Assembly (NCBI RefSeq): GCF_009914755.1
Contig: NC_060932.1
Length of the DNA: 64,000 nucleotides
Source of the DNA: the human T2T-CHM13v2.0 reference genome, Homo sapiens
Reading direction: 5' to 3' (one strand)
A program made the position numbers and the translations under genes. Numbering within the stretch: position 1 is the first letter of the stretch; each line of letters starts with the position of its first letter. Positions 19,144 through 41,510 of the stretch are shown piece by piece. The notes beneath the pieces were generated by a model. That model made no database searches, was not told the DNA's origin, and was given only the letters and a program-made list of their open reading frames with translations.

Positions 19144-20111
19144 TCATCCACCTTCAGGGTTTTCAACACAGGCTACATACTGCCAACAACCATGTGTCTC
19201 TCTAGTCCACCTCCTGCCCCTGAGCTCCGGACTCACATCCGATTGCCTCTTTAATCTCTCCGTTTGAATGCCCAACAGGCATCTCAAAAACACTTCCCCC
19301 ATGGCCTCCCAGTTTCCCCCATGGTAAGAAACAGCCCACCGGCTACTCTGTTCGAGTCACACTCTCAGACAGATTTCTCCTTTCTGTCCATCATCTCTTC
19401 CCCACCTCTGTCTCTAAAGTATATCACAGCTTCGTGCCCCAGCACCTAGCACAGCACATGGCAAGCTTCCCGTAAATGTGTGCTGAGTCACCTCTGGAGG
19501 TCACCTGCTAATGAGGGAGGTCTCTCCTGGCACAGGTCACTTAGGAAAGGCGCTTGTCTCTCACACAGGAGGTGGAGAGGACAGCCCAGGACAAGGACTC
19601 AAGACTCTCCTGTGGTCTGAACTCTGAAGGGCCTGCGGTCCAGGAGAGCACCTGGGTTGTGAACTCCGAGACTCGGCTGCCAGGAGAGCAGGGGAGGAGG
19701 GAGCCCGGGCCAGGCTGTCCCCATGGATCCTGGGAGCCAGTGGCGGCAGAAAAGGCCCACAACCCAGGGTTAAACCAGCCACCACTGGATCCCTGCCCTG
19801 CATTTTCCAAGCTGGACAGCTACGACTTCCTGTACTTAATACATTCATGTCTCTTCTGTTCCACCACCCTAGAATGTGATGAAATCTTTCAGAAAGCCCA
19901 GCCTGTCTCAACTGGGACAAAGCAAATGAAGAAAGAAAGTGTTGGTACTTGGACCAGAGCACTGAGGAAGAAACAAGGCCCCTGGGCAGTGAGGTGGTGG
20001 CAGCAGGTCACAGAGCGAGAACCTTTCCCTGAGGGGGATGAAACCACAGGGGACTAGGCCAGCCAAAGAGTGTCCTGCAGGGCTGCCCTTGGTGTTGGAG
20101 ACTCTAGATCA

Positions 20112-20497
<386 letters not shown>

Positions 20498-20734
20498 TTA
20501 CCTACATGAGGTTAAATGGAAAGTCTGTACAATAGCTAAGGTTGAACTGCCTCTCTGGTTCTGAATGCTCATTGGCAGAAGCAAAAAGGAAAGTGGTCAC
20601 TTATACAGGGCCTTGTGTCTGCAAGATCCAAGTGAACTAGAAGGCCGTATTTCCCTGACACTTAAACAAATTGCCCTTGAGCCCTCATAAGGGGCGCAAA
20701 AGACTGGTGTGGGTTTTTTTGTTTTTTATTTTGA

Positions 20735-20920
<186 letters not shown>

Positions 20921-22017
20921 TGACCTCAGGTGATCCACCCACCTCCGCCTTCCAAAGTGCTGGGATTACAGATGTGAACCACCGCACCCAGCCTGGTGTG
21001 GGTTTTAGAATGGCCTGTGTCTCCTTTACGGTGGAAAGTCGCTGAGGTGAAGGAAATGGGAAATGGCATGCTCCAGGCAGAAGCAAAAGAAAAGACAGCC
21101 GCACCCTCCCGCAGCTCCCCTGGCCACCAGCACACTCCAGCTCCAGCATTCCTTGCCTTCATGCACGGCCCACAGCCACAGCCGGGAATCACAGGCCAGA
21201 AACGTTCGCTCAGAAGCCCAGGATCAAGCATGGCGCTGCAGCCTGGGACTTTTGCAGTTAAGCTATCCCAGGAAAACCCCCTAAAGCCGCCTAAATCAAT
21301 TAGCAATTCACTTCCTCAAAACAAACAAACCAAAGAATAAAGGCTGGTGTGTCACTAAATGCTACAGACTGAACAAGATCCCCCAGAGCAAATATTTTAG
21401 CAAACACCAAACGCCAATGGGTTACCTGCTAAAAAAAAGCTAAAATTAAAAAACATATTTTAAAAAAATGAAAAGACTATCCAGTTAACATATAGATTTA
21501 GACAGCAGTGTTTGTTTTTTAAAGCAGTGAAGGCTATGAGAAGGCAGCACATAGGGAAATCTAGCTATTTTTAATGCAACATGTTGACAGCCTACCTTTT
21601 CAGACCCAATAACACACTCACAGGGCAGTATGACAGAAAAAAAGAAAAAGAAAAAGAAAAGAAAGAGGAACAAGCAAAAATTAGAAACATATAAGAACAG
21701 AAATAATTTTGATAACTACAACACTACATGGACAAGAATGGGCCATGGGTTTTCATGAGGGGCACATGTGAGCTGGTAAGTAAATTACACCTACACCTCG
21801 TGTACCGGGGAACTCCAGGTCCCGAAGGTAGAATGACCTGTCAGGAGGCCTATCAGTATGGTCAATGTGTCAAACCAAAACTGGCCTTACATCTGGACAT
21901 TTCCTGTTGAGCTACAAAATACCACCCCATTTCAGGTTGGACACTTCCTCACTCCTACCAAGAGCTGCAGGGGAGACAAGGCTTTGTTCCTGCACCAAAG
22001 CATTCCTTCAAAAATTA

Positions 22018-22197
<180 letters not shown>

Positions 22198-24052
22198 TCA
22201 GGAGGCTGAGGCACAAAGAATCGCTTGAGCCCAGGAGGTGGAGGTTGCAGTGAGCCGAGACTGCACCACCACACTCCAGCCTGGGTGACAGAGCAAGACA
22301 CCATCTCAAAAAAAAAAAAAAAAAAAAAATTAGAGAACCATGGAGAAACAAAAGCAACAACAGGTTACCCATTATGAGAGGAGGATGTATTTGATTTGAG
22401 TTCACTGGTGTCATTATCTCACTGAAGTTCAAATGCTAACTGATGTCTAATTGCGGCTGTCCCACTACAGTGAGCAAGCAGCTTTATGTGCCACTGTATT
22501 TTCAGTGCCTGGAGCCATGCCTGGCATATGAAGGCTCTAACAAACACTTGTCAGTCCTTATCCACTATGCGTGACGCACTGCGTCACAGCACACTCCCGC
22601 TCCTCCTGCAGAGTTGTGAGCTCAGATTTCAAAAGGCAAAAAAGACCTGGCATTTGAAGGTGGATCTGCAACCTCACAGCCAAGAAGTGGATGACTGAAA
22701 AATGTCACTGATGCCCATGTGGCAAAGGAGGAAGGCATGAGTCAAGGGGTCAGAGCAGGATTCCTGACCCATGCTGCCTGTGAGCTTCAACCCCTCACCC
22801 CTTCTCTGTAAAGCAGGGGCAGGCCACTCCCTGCCGACCTGGCAGGTGGCCGCCAAGCTGTGCACACCATACAGCAACACCTTATCAGGGATGACTCCCA
22901 CAGTGCCTGCTGGCTGGACAGCAGTGTGCGCTATTCACGAGGCACAGGAGGCGCAGCAGAAGGCAACAAGGTGAGGTAGAAAGGCCCCGGGCCTCAGAGA
23001 CAGACCTGGTGCTTATATCAGCTCTGCTGCTTGGTGGCTGCCCGGGTCTCTAAACCTTGCTGCCTCAGCCCCACATCAGCCAGCACAGCAACCCCGTGTA
23101 GATCACAGGGCTGCCGTGAGGATTAAACACAGAGCAGGTCTACAGCATGCCTTTTCCTTTCCTTAAGCCAAATATGCACATTTGGGTGAAGAAATGAAAA
23201 TTCCTTCCTTCCAGACCCTGCAAAGCACCACAGGCAGGTGCGACTGAGGCTATTCCATGCTTCCAACTCTGAGGGCTGGATTTAAGACTACTGTGTCTCA
23301 ATTCTGTGATCATCTCTCCTCATACTTACCAACAACCAGAACGACACCGTGTGACCTTAGATAAATTTCAGAAACATACTGAGCACCTACTTTGCAGCAG
23401 GCACTATGGTGGCATGCACCTTACATCACTGAATCCTCACCTGTGGCTCATCAGCCAATCCTATACAGGAGGAGGGAGAGCCCTGTCCAAGCCAGGAGGC
23501 CAGTGACTGACACAGTGACACATCACTTTCCCTGGCAAATGGGGACGCCCTCTTGGCAAACAGCTGCTGCCTAGGCTTGCATCTCATCCAGCTCTGCAGA
23601 ACAGCCACCATGGCAAGACACAGCAGCAAGCAGAGAGTGGAAGGAAGTGGCAAGGAAGAGCTCATCTGCAATTTTGATTTGAAATAAAGTTTTTGACTTA
23701 ATAACAGGCAAGATGGGAAGCTGACCTTTTCCTGCTCTATCCAACACTCCTTGTACACAGAGAGAACAGACATACTTTTCATTTGTATACGGTAGCTGTT
23801 TAGGAGCTCCCAGGTGGTATTTCTGGCATCCTGATATCCATGCTTGGCTGCTTTGTAAGTGAGGAATTCGACACTGTGGCCATCAGGAGGGAAAAAGTAG
23901 CCACATACGCAGGGTGCACAGCCTGGCAATCCGGAGACGTGGGCTCTACTTCTAGCTCAGCTAGGACCTAGCCCTTACCTCTCCAGATTCACCCTCTCAT
24001 CTGTGAACCAAAGGGACGAGACTGAATAAAACTGTTCAAACTGTGCTCTAGC

Positions 24053-24670
<618 letters not shown>

Positions 24671-24950
24671 CTCCAGGAGTCCCACGAGGGGAGCCCCACT
24701 AAAAAGAGGGGAGTGTACAAGACAACTCTAAAGGACTCCCCCAACCAAAGGCTGTCTCTGTCTTTAAAAGTCACTGGTTTTTGTTTGGTTGGTTTTTTTA
24801 GCAGCACTCAAACAGATTCTGACAGAAAGTCATTAGTTTTAAAAACCAATGGACAACACCTTTCTACTCCTTGCTGCAATGAAATTCTGCCCTGTGCTTT
24901 CCCTTTCTGATGCAGGGAAGCCAAGGGGCCTGGGTCTCTAGGTAAGCTTA

Positions 24951-25628
<678 letters not shown>

Positions 25629-25966
25629 TCACTACCCAGAGGCAGGGGAAGCCCCAAGGAAAGCCGTGGCATCAACAGGTCTTAGGGCTCTACACGTGGC
25701 TGTCGCAGCTCTGATCATAATGCTGTAACTGTTGACCTTCAGTCCCTTGGCCTCAGCATGGAGCTTCTACAGAAATGGGGCTGTTTCTTGTCTTTCTATT
25801 CTCACCACCTAACCAGGAGTAGTAAGAGTCAGTGCTCAAAAATGTCTGTTGAGTGAATGAATAAACACGTGTGTAATTGCTCCCCCATCCCCTCAACAGG
25901 ATATTAAGAAAAATCCACCATGCAATCACATCTGGATTTGAATTCCGGGCTCCCTGGAACTCCTCA

Positions 25967-29116
<3,150 letters not shown>

Positions 29117-29214
29117 ACACCTGCCACTGAGCCAGTTCTGGTATCTGAGACTAAGCTAATACAGGTATTAAAACAGCAAAAATATGTATCTTCAACTTGG
29201 TAGTTCCTCCATAG

Positions 29215-30665
<1,451 letters not shown>

Positions 30666-31509
30666 TTGACACACTAGATTTCTGAAACATTTATTGTTTA
30701 CATGTTTCCGGACAACTGTTTTTCCCTCTACACTACTAAGTCCTCCACACAATTAAAAAAACGAACAAACACACACAACAAAACCTAGCCAGATCTTTAG
30801 GACGGCAATGTTCCTGGGCCTCCAACATCATCCACCCGGTGCTTTGTTTCAGGTTAACAAATAAAGATGTCATAGGTAGCTATGACTACCTTAGAAACAC
30901 GGGACAGTCACCAGTTTAAACTGGGGCCGTGAGGGATGGAAGGGAAGTCACTCCCCCATACCTTTCAACTGGGCCTTGCTTCCAGCGTTTTAATTCCTCT
31001 CTCTATAGAAACATTTGAAGACAGACAACGCATCCTAACACGGGAAAACTTTCGGTTAACAGACATTCACGTTGGGAAGGTCTGCAGGGGTGGAGGGGAT
31101 TGGGGTGGGCTGACAGGGAGAAGACCACAGGCCAGTAGCCTGACTTCCTCTCCCCAGGGTTCCCTGGGATAAGTTGGAGTTGACAGCGCGCTTATCCCAG
31201 AGAGCACCGCCTGATGCCGCCCAGCTAGATCGCAGGCACTTTGAATCCAGGAGACAGGAGGGAAAGGGCTAGGGGAGAAGTCCGGGAACTCAGGGCGGGG
31301 AAAGCGCCGGGGGCGTGGGCTGTGCTGGGCCCCAGGCCCCAGCCGCGCGTCCCAGACCCCGCGGGCTCCAGTGGGCTTAGCCAGGCCCAGGGGCGGGGGG
31401 CTCCAGCGCCGCGGACGGCCCGGGAGGGGAAGCCAGGCGGAGACAGCTCGGAGGCACAGAGGGGAAGGGGACCCCCGCCGCGAGCTCGGGAGAGCAGAGC
31501 CGGCCCGGG

Positions 31510-31692
31510 CAGCAGGTGTGGGCCGGGTCCCGGACAGGTGTCCGCCGAGTCTTCAGCGGGTGTGGGACACGGCCTTGGACAGATGTAAGCAGAGCGCCAA
31601 CAGGAGCAAGGGCGCCTCGAGCAGGTGCACGCTGAACCCCGGCCCGGCAGCGGACCCGGACAGGTGTGGCGGGCTCCGCCCGGACAGGTGAG
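31510..31692 (+). repeat. Degenerate ~22-bp tandem repeat with E-box CAGGTG core
   Basis: CAGGTG at 31513, 31535, 31622, 31661, 31685; variants CGGGTG 31557, CAGATG 31580, CAGGAG 31601; CCCGGACAGGTG occurs three times. Confidence 0.75.
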
Positions 31693-31801
31693 GGCCGGGC
31701 GAGCCCCTCCGCGGGACGCGCCGACTCCACGGCCAGCCGCGCAGCCCTCCCCGCAGCCGGTCCGAATTGCCTGACCGGGAGCCCCCCCGCTTTGCACTTA
31801 C

Positions 31802-31910
31802 ACAGCCGGTGGCCCCGGGCCCGGAGCGGGAGCCCACGACCTGGCGGGCAGCGGGGCCGAGCAGCCTCTGCGGCCACTTCCCAGGCTCTGGGCTGGCGCT
31901 TCCTACTGGC
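31802..31910 (-). other. TRAPPC9: TRAPPC9 non-coding first exon of the shorter isoform (5' boundary approximate)
   Basis: Consensus donor GGCTGT|gtaagt at 31802/31801 inside the CpG island; no ATG in the exon; NRF1-like TGCGCGTGCGC at 31931-31941 just upstream. The TSS cannot be read from sequence alone. Confidence 0.75.
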
Positions 31911-31989
31911 GGCCGAGCCGGCGCTGCTCCTGCGCGTGCGCGGAGGCCAGGCCTGGGCCCCCGATCCGTCCCGGGTTTTGCAAGAGACG

Positions 31990-32385
31990 CGAGGGAAGCA
32001 AGGGGGTAGGAGCGAGGGAGAAAGGAGGAAGGAGGAGCGAGGGAGAGAAGAGGGGACAGGGAGGGAGGGGACATGGGGAGGGAGGAGGAGGAGGGAGGAG
32101 GGAGAGAAAAAGGTGGGGTGAAAGAAGGAGGGAGGAGGAGCGAGGGAGAGAAGCGGGGACGGGGAGGGAGGAGGAGGAGAGTAGGAGGAGGAGGGGTGAA
32201 AGAAGGAGGGAGGGGCAGCGAGAGAGAGAAGCGGGGGACAGGGAGAGGGTGGAGGAGGGAGGAGGGAGGGAAAAAGGAGGGGTGAAAGGAGGGAGGAAGA
32301 GGAGGAGGGAAGGAGGGAGATGGAGGGAGATGGAGCGAGGAGGGAGGGAGGGACCGGAGCAAGAGAACAGAGACTAGGAGGAAAG
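31990..32385 (+). repeat. Polypurine/polypyrimidine (GGA-rich) tract with ~80-bp higher-order repeat
   Basis: Nearly pure G/A on the + strand; GGGGTGAAAG recurs at ~32115, ~32193 and ~32279, and AGCGAG(G/A)GAGAGAAG recurs three times. Confidence 0.9.
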
Positions 32386-32443
32386 CTTCTGCACCTGGGG
32401 CGGCGCAGCTGGAAGGAGGCCCAGTTCTGTCCCCGCCGCTTAC

Positions 32444-32727
32444 CAGTCCTTCAGGGCGCGCAGCTCAAATTTCACTTCCTCTGTGAAGCTCAGGGGTGGA
32501 GGCCCCGCGGAAGCCCACTGTGGATCCCTGCGGCACCCCCTGTGACCCTCACGGTACCCCCCGTGACTCCCACGGTCGTGCCCCCCACGTGGGTGGGTGA
32601 CCGTGGCGCGCGCGGCCTGGGAGCGCCTCCAGGATCGCAGGGCCCGGGAGGCACGTGAGGTGCGAGCCCCAGCCTGGGCCGGCTTCCCCCTGTGTGGCGC
32701 GCGGTCTTGATCCCCAGCTGGCACCAT
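32444..32727 (-). CDS. TRAPPC9: TRAPPC9 alternative coding first exon, 98-aa N-terminal extension (MVPAGDQDRAPHRGK...ELRALKDW|DFK-MSVPDY)
   Basis: ATG in strong Kozak context gccATGG; donor ACTG|gtaagc at 32444. 284 nt plus 10 nt of the next exon = 294 nt, in frame with the 25535 ATG. Matches the long isoform as I recall it. Confidence 0.88.
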
Positions 32728-33069
32728 GGCACTCCCGACTTTGAGGGCCCCAACAATCCATCCACATAAAAGGTTCCAAAGAGGCGACAGGGGCTAGGAC
32801 AGCTGTCGTTAGTTCAGTGCCAAGGCGCCAAGCTTGCTAAGTGCGGGCAGAAGCCATTTAAGGATTTAAACCCCTCTGGGTTCAAAAATAAAATAAAATA
32901 AAGCAGGAGATGGGGGAGGCTTACAGACTTAAGATGCCCAGCACATGAATTAACAGTGGCATCCGCAGGGAAAATTGAAAACAGAGAGCCGCTCTCCGTT
33001 ATGTATGTTTAATGTTCTGTTTGAATCTTTTAACATGTACATGTATTTCTTTTTCAATTAAAAAATCCT

Positions 33070-37860
<4,791 letters not shown>

Positions 37861-38019
37861 TCATTTATGAAACTCTTATCTGGCAGGCAATGTGCAATGT
37901 GCTTGGCATAAATATCTCATATCCTCACAATAATCGTGTAAGGAAGAAACTCGGACTCAACCTCAAGATAAGCACCAAAGCTCATTTTAAACCTCACTGC
38001 CCTCTGCAAGATAACTATA

Positions 38020-38116
38020 CAGATGCTCCTCGATTTATGATGGGTTGCTTCCCGATAAGCCCATCGCAAAGTTGAAAAATCCCCTAAGTCGAGCCACCCT
38101 AAGTTGGGGACGCCTG
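38020..38116. mobile_element. MER47C-like miniature Tigger element
   Basis: 97 bp, preceded by TA, CAGATGCTCCTCGATTTATGATGG ... AAGTTGGGGACGCCTG imperfect terminal inverted repeats. Confidence 0.7.
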
Positions 38117-38299
38117 CATCATGCTTTCAGAGGTGAATGTAAAGTGGGTGAAGCGGCTCAGTGATTGAGCGCTAGCCAGGATTCCACGCCAGGCCTTTCC
38201 GTGTTCAACAGCTGCTTTCAGAAGTGTGGAAGCCTCGGAGAGGGTCCCTGAGGTAAGATGGGCTGAGCGTCGCCGCCTTCTGCAAGGACACCAGCCTTG

Positions 38300-39220
38300 A
38301 GAGAAGAGAGGAGATAAGGTGCAAACGAAGAAAGGCAGGGACGCCGCGGTTTCAGTCGAAGCGTGGGCTCCTTAAGGACAGGGGCTGTGTCCGACTCGGC
38401 TCTGAATCCCCAGCGCCTACACAAGCTCTGACACAGCGTATACTCAGTAAACATGGAGTGAATCAGTTCATTCAATGAATGAACGAATGAATGAAACGCC
38501 AGAGCCCGCCACAGGGGTCCGCTGCCGCTCCACGCCCGGGCCTCTCACCGGCCAATCAACACTGTGACTCGTACGCCCTGCCCCCTGATGCCACGCCCAT
38601 CACTCGCCCCTCTGGATTCCCTCCGGCTGCGTGGAAATCCCGGAGCACTGGATTTCCCAGAGGCGCCTCCGGTAGCAGTGCGCATGCTCCAGCGCCGGTA
38701 GCTGAGGCATCAATTTCCCGCAGCGCCTAGGGGACGGATTGGAAAGCGATTGGCTTAGGGGACGGAAGCCAAGCTCCACCTGCCTGACACCCGGCTCTTC
38801 ACGCAGAACCGAAGATTCATTTTGGACAGCCCTTCCCCAGTACCACTCCCACCCCGACGTTGGTCCCAATCGGAACCTATCCTACACAAGGCTGAAAAAA
38901 AGAGGGGAGCGACCGGAAGTGACGCACGAGCGCGAGCGGAAAAACAGGGGCCCAGCGCCTGTTGCCGTGGAAACCGAGCCCTCGGCTTGCGTCCCGGGTG
39001 CGTCACAGCTCCGGCTGACCACGCCCCGCGCGCGGCCCCGAGGCCCTGAGGCCCAGGGCGGGGACCAAAAGCCGCGCGCTTGTGACGATGTCGCTGCGGG
39101 GCACGCTAAGGGGCGGAGAGGAAATTTAGGGCCTGCCTTTTGTACATTCGGTTATTCAGCCCAGAAATATGTATTCAACCCCAGGCGCGTGCCTGGCATT
39201 GTGGAAGGCGACACGTGAGG
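38300..39220. promoter_or_regulatory. Second CpG-rich promoter-like element upstream of TRAPPC9
   Basis: High CpG density in non-repeat DNA; ETS-CRE composite CCGGAAGTGACGCA 38913-38926; NRF1-like TGCGCATGCT 38679-38688; several CCAAT/ATTGG boxes (~38552, 38738, 38749, 38866); ZNF143-like TTTCCC(A/G) motifs at ~38650 and ~38712. Confidence 0.75.
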
Positions 39221-39699
39221 AGAATTGTGACTGGCCCAGATGTCACCCCCCCCCAGCCCAGTAGTCATTCTTCTCTGGAAGTCCTTACCCATCTCACCTG
39301 TTCATTCTTCAACCCCCAGTTTCCCGACCTTTTTCCTCAAGCCACGCCCTTCCACGCTTTCTTGTCTTTTCTGTGGTGTTCCTTCAGTCTAGAATATTCT
39401 CCACCTAGTACAATCCTGCTCCTCCCCTGACATTCTGCTGAAATTGCACTCTTCAGCCTTCCCAGGTAGCTGTGGGCTGTGACATGTGTCAGAGACTGAT
39501 GAGTTTTCTTTTTACTTTTCTATATTGTCTCATTTTTTTTCTTTAAGCATACATACATTGATTTTATAATGAAACATAAATCATTTTTAAAGAGATCAGT
39601 TATTCTCAAAGAGCTTGTTACTTTCGGGAACACTTTTTGGGGTGTTTATATTTATATGTATTACTATATATGTACTTTATATGTATACTTTTAAATTCA

Positions 39700-41000
39700 C
39701 AAAATTGACACGCATTGTAATAAGAATCGTGATTATATCCTTTATCCATAATCACCAATTTTTACATTTTTGCCTCATTTTCACATTCTTCCTCTCTCTC
39801 TCTGTGCCAATTATGTCCTTTATAGCTATTTCCCCTCTGTCCAGAATCATACTGTTTCAATTAGTTGTCAAATCTTTTTTTAGTATCCTTTTATCTAGAA
39901 CAGGGTCTCAGTCTTTCTTCCTCTTTCATGTCTTTGTGAAACTTGCAGCTACCAGGATGAGACAACTCTACTCAGACCCAAGCACACCAAGCCAGGAATG
40001 CACAAAGGACGGCTGATGTTTGAGATAAGAACTGTCTCAAGGACTTTCTATAATAACCACACAAGGAATTCCTCATGTACGTCACAAGTCTCATGCGTTT
40101 CTCCACCTACGTTTTGCACATGTGCACACATTTATTGATTTAGAGGCAGGGATCTTGCTGTGCTGCCCAGACCGGACTCAAATTCCTGGGCTCAATCGGT
40201 CCTCCTGCCTCAGCCTCTAGAGTAGCTGGGACTCCAGGCATGCGCCACCCTGTTATTTCTGTGACCAGGCTTAGCACTAGGCATTCTTTCGGACGACAGC
40301 AATTCAAATAAGATGCTCTCCAAAGAACACTTGCCTAGTAGCGGCATCTCCAAAAATAAATTGATGCCGCTCCGGCTTTGAGCCTCCAGAACCAAAGAAA
40401 CCTGTTTCCAGACAGCTTATGTGAACTTCTACTTTTGGCCAATAAGAGCTCCCACTTACCCCTGCCCTATTCAGGTGCACCTGTGGCTTGCCATAGCCAT
40501 ATAGCCAGGTGCACCATCCTTTTTGCCTGCTCCTGAATAAATTAATTATATTAGGAGACATCTTTCTCTGATGTCTTTTTTAGGTTAGCAACTCTAATAT
40601 GTTGGAAGAATACAGGCCAGCTACTTTGTAGAATGTTCCTCAATTTGAGTTTGTATGATGCTTTCTCATGATTAGATTCAGGTTATGTATGTTTTGCAAA
40701 AATACCTCAGAAGTGATGGCATCCTTGGTGCGGCATCCTTGGTGCATTATATCAGGAGGCAAATGATGTGGGTTTGTCCCATTGTTTGTAATGGTAACAT
40801 TGGTTGCTTGGTTAAGGTGAAGGGTGCCAAGCTTCTCCACTGTAAAGTTCCTATTTTTTTCTCTGTAATTAATAAGTAATTTGTATGATACTTTGAGATA
40901 ACAAAGTAGACTGTTCATCAAACTTTCATCAATGAATTTAACATCCAAAGACGCCTCAAGAATGATCATCAAAAGCAGCCTACTAATGACTGTCATTTAC
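39700..41000 (-). mobile_element. Old L1 (L1MC/MD-type) 3' fragment split by the LTR
   Basis: ttgtagaatgttcctcaatttgagtttgtatgatgctttctcatgattagattcaggttatg is characteristic antisense L1MC 3' UTR. Confidence 0.7.
39935..40590 (+). mobile_element. Old ERV1-class solo LTR (MER34/MER110-like) with a short Alu fragment, nested in an L1M
   Basis: TG...CA ends (TGTGAAAC ... TTTAGGTTAGCA), AATAAA at ~40536; L1M sequence resumes on both sides. Subfamily uncertain. Confidence 0.5.
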
Positions 41001-41510
41001 CATTTAATACATTTCAAACAGTGCACGTGCTCTGTGACATATTCTGGGAAGGAACATGTTACCTGATACATAATAGGTGATCAATAAATAGTATTTACTG
41101 ACAGGTTTCCTTCCTTTGTAGATAAATGAAGTTTCTTGTTTCATGGGGTATAATTAGAAGCATTACTTTAATTAGCCATCCTGATTATTCTTACTTTGTA
41201 CCAGCATCTGCCTCAGTACCTAGTATATATTAGCAATTCATTTTTGAATTAATAATGGAAAATTATGTACACAAACACACATACACACCAAGAAATTATA
41301 TCAAAAGATTAATTGTGATAATTGAGCAGTTAATGCTTAACCAAGTGTTTTCACCGATGCAGGGCAGTCACTGTTAGAACCAGAAAGCTTTTAAAAGAAA
41401 ATTATGATAAGTCCAACTTAAGCAAATCAGATTTTACGTTACAAAATAAAGTTCAAGAAAAGAAAGGATTCGAAAGGAAAAAAATTCGAAAAGGATCACG
41501 TATGAGAAGC

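Larger units (their letters stand above)
31180..32760. promoter_or_regulatory. CpG island promoter of TRAPPC9 (two GC-rich blocks separated by a polypurine tract)
   Basis: Very high GC and CpG density versus flanks; GC boxes, NRF1-like and ETS-like (CACTTCC) motifs; contains both first exons. Confidence 0.9.

Noticed and set aside
19554-20057. 167-aa non-Alu ORF on the + strand (and 23426-23929 on -)
   Set aside because: Non-ATG start, no recognisable homology or exon context; within chance expectation.
31510-31692. CRISPR-like repeat-spacer appearance of the CAGGTG array, and of LTR12 U5 units at 63809-63980
   Set aside because: Eukaryotic DNA, cores too short and degenerate, no cas genes; the U5 repeats are intrinsic to LTR12.
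31553-32362. 269-aa Pro/Ser-rich ORF, the longest in the track
   Set aside because: Non-ATG start; produced by the polypyrimidine strand and stop-poor GC-rich DNA; out of frame with TRAPPC9 when spliced at 31802.
31225-32779. Other overlapping Gly/Arg/Pro-rich ORFs on both strands of the CpG island
   Set aside because: Expected by-product of high GC content; only 32444-32727 has a Kozak ATG, a donor and in-frame continuation.
38240-38260. Plus-strand donor GAG|GTAAGA
   Set aside because: Lies upstream of the motif cluster in plus orientation with no clear acceptor or TSS; insufficient support.
38491-39430. ORFs of 75-159 aa in the second CpG-rich element
   Set aside because: No recognisable domain, mostly non-ATG starts, typical CpG-island noise.
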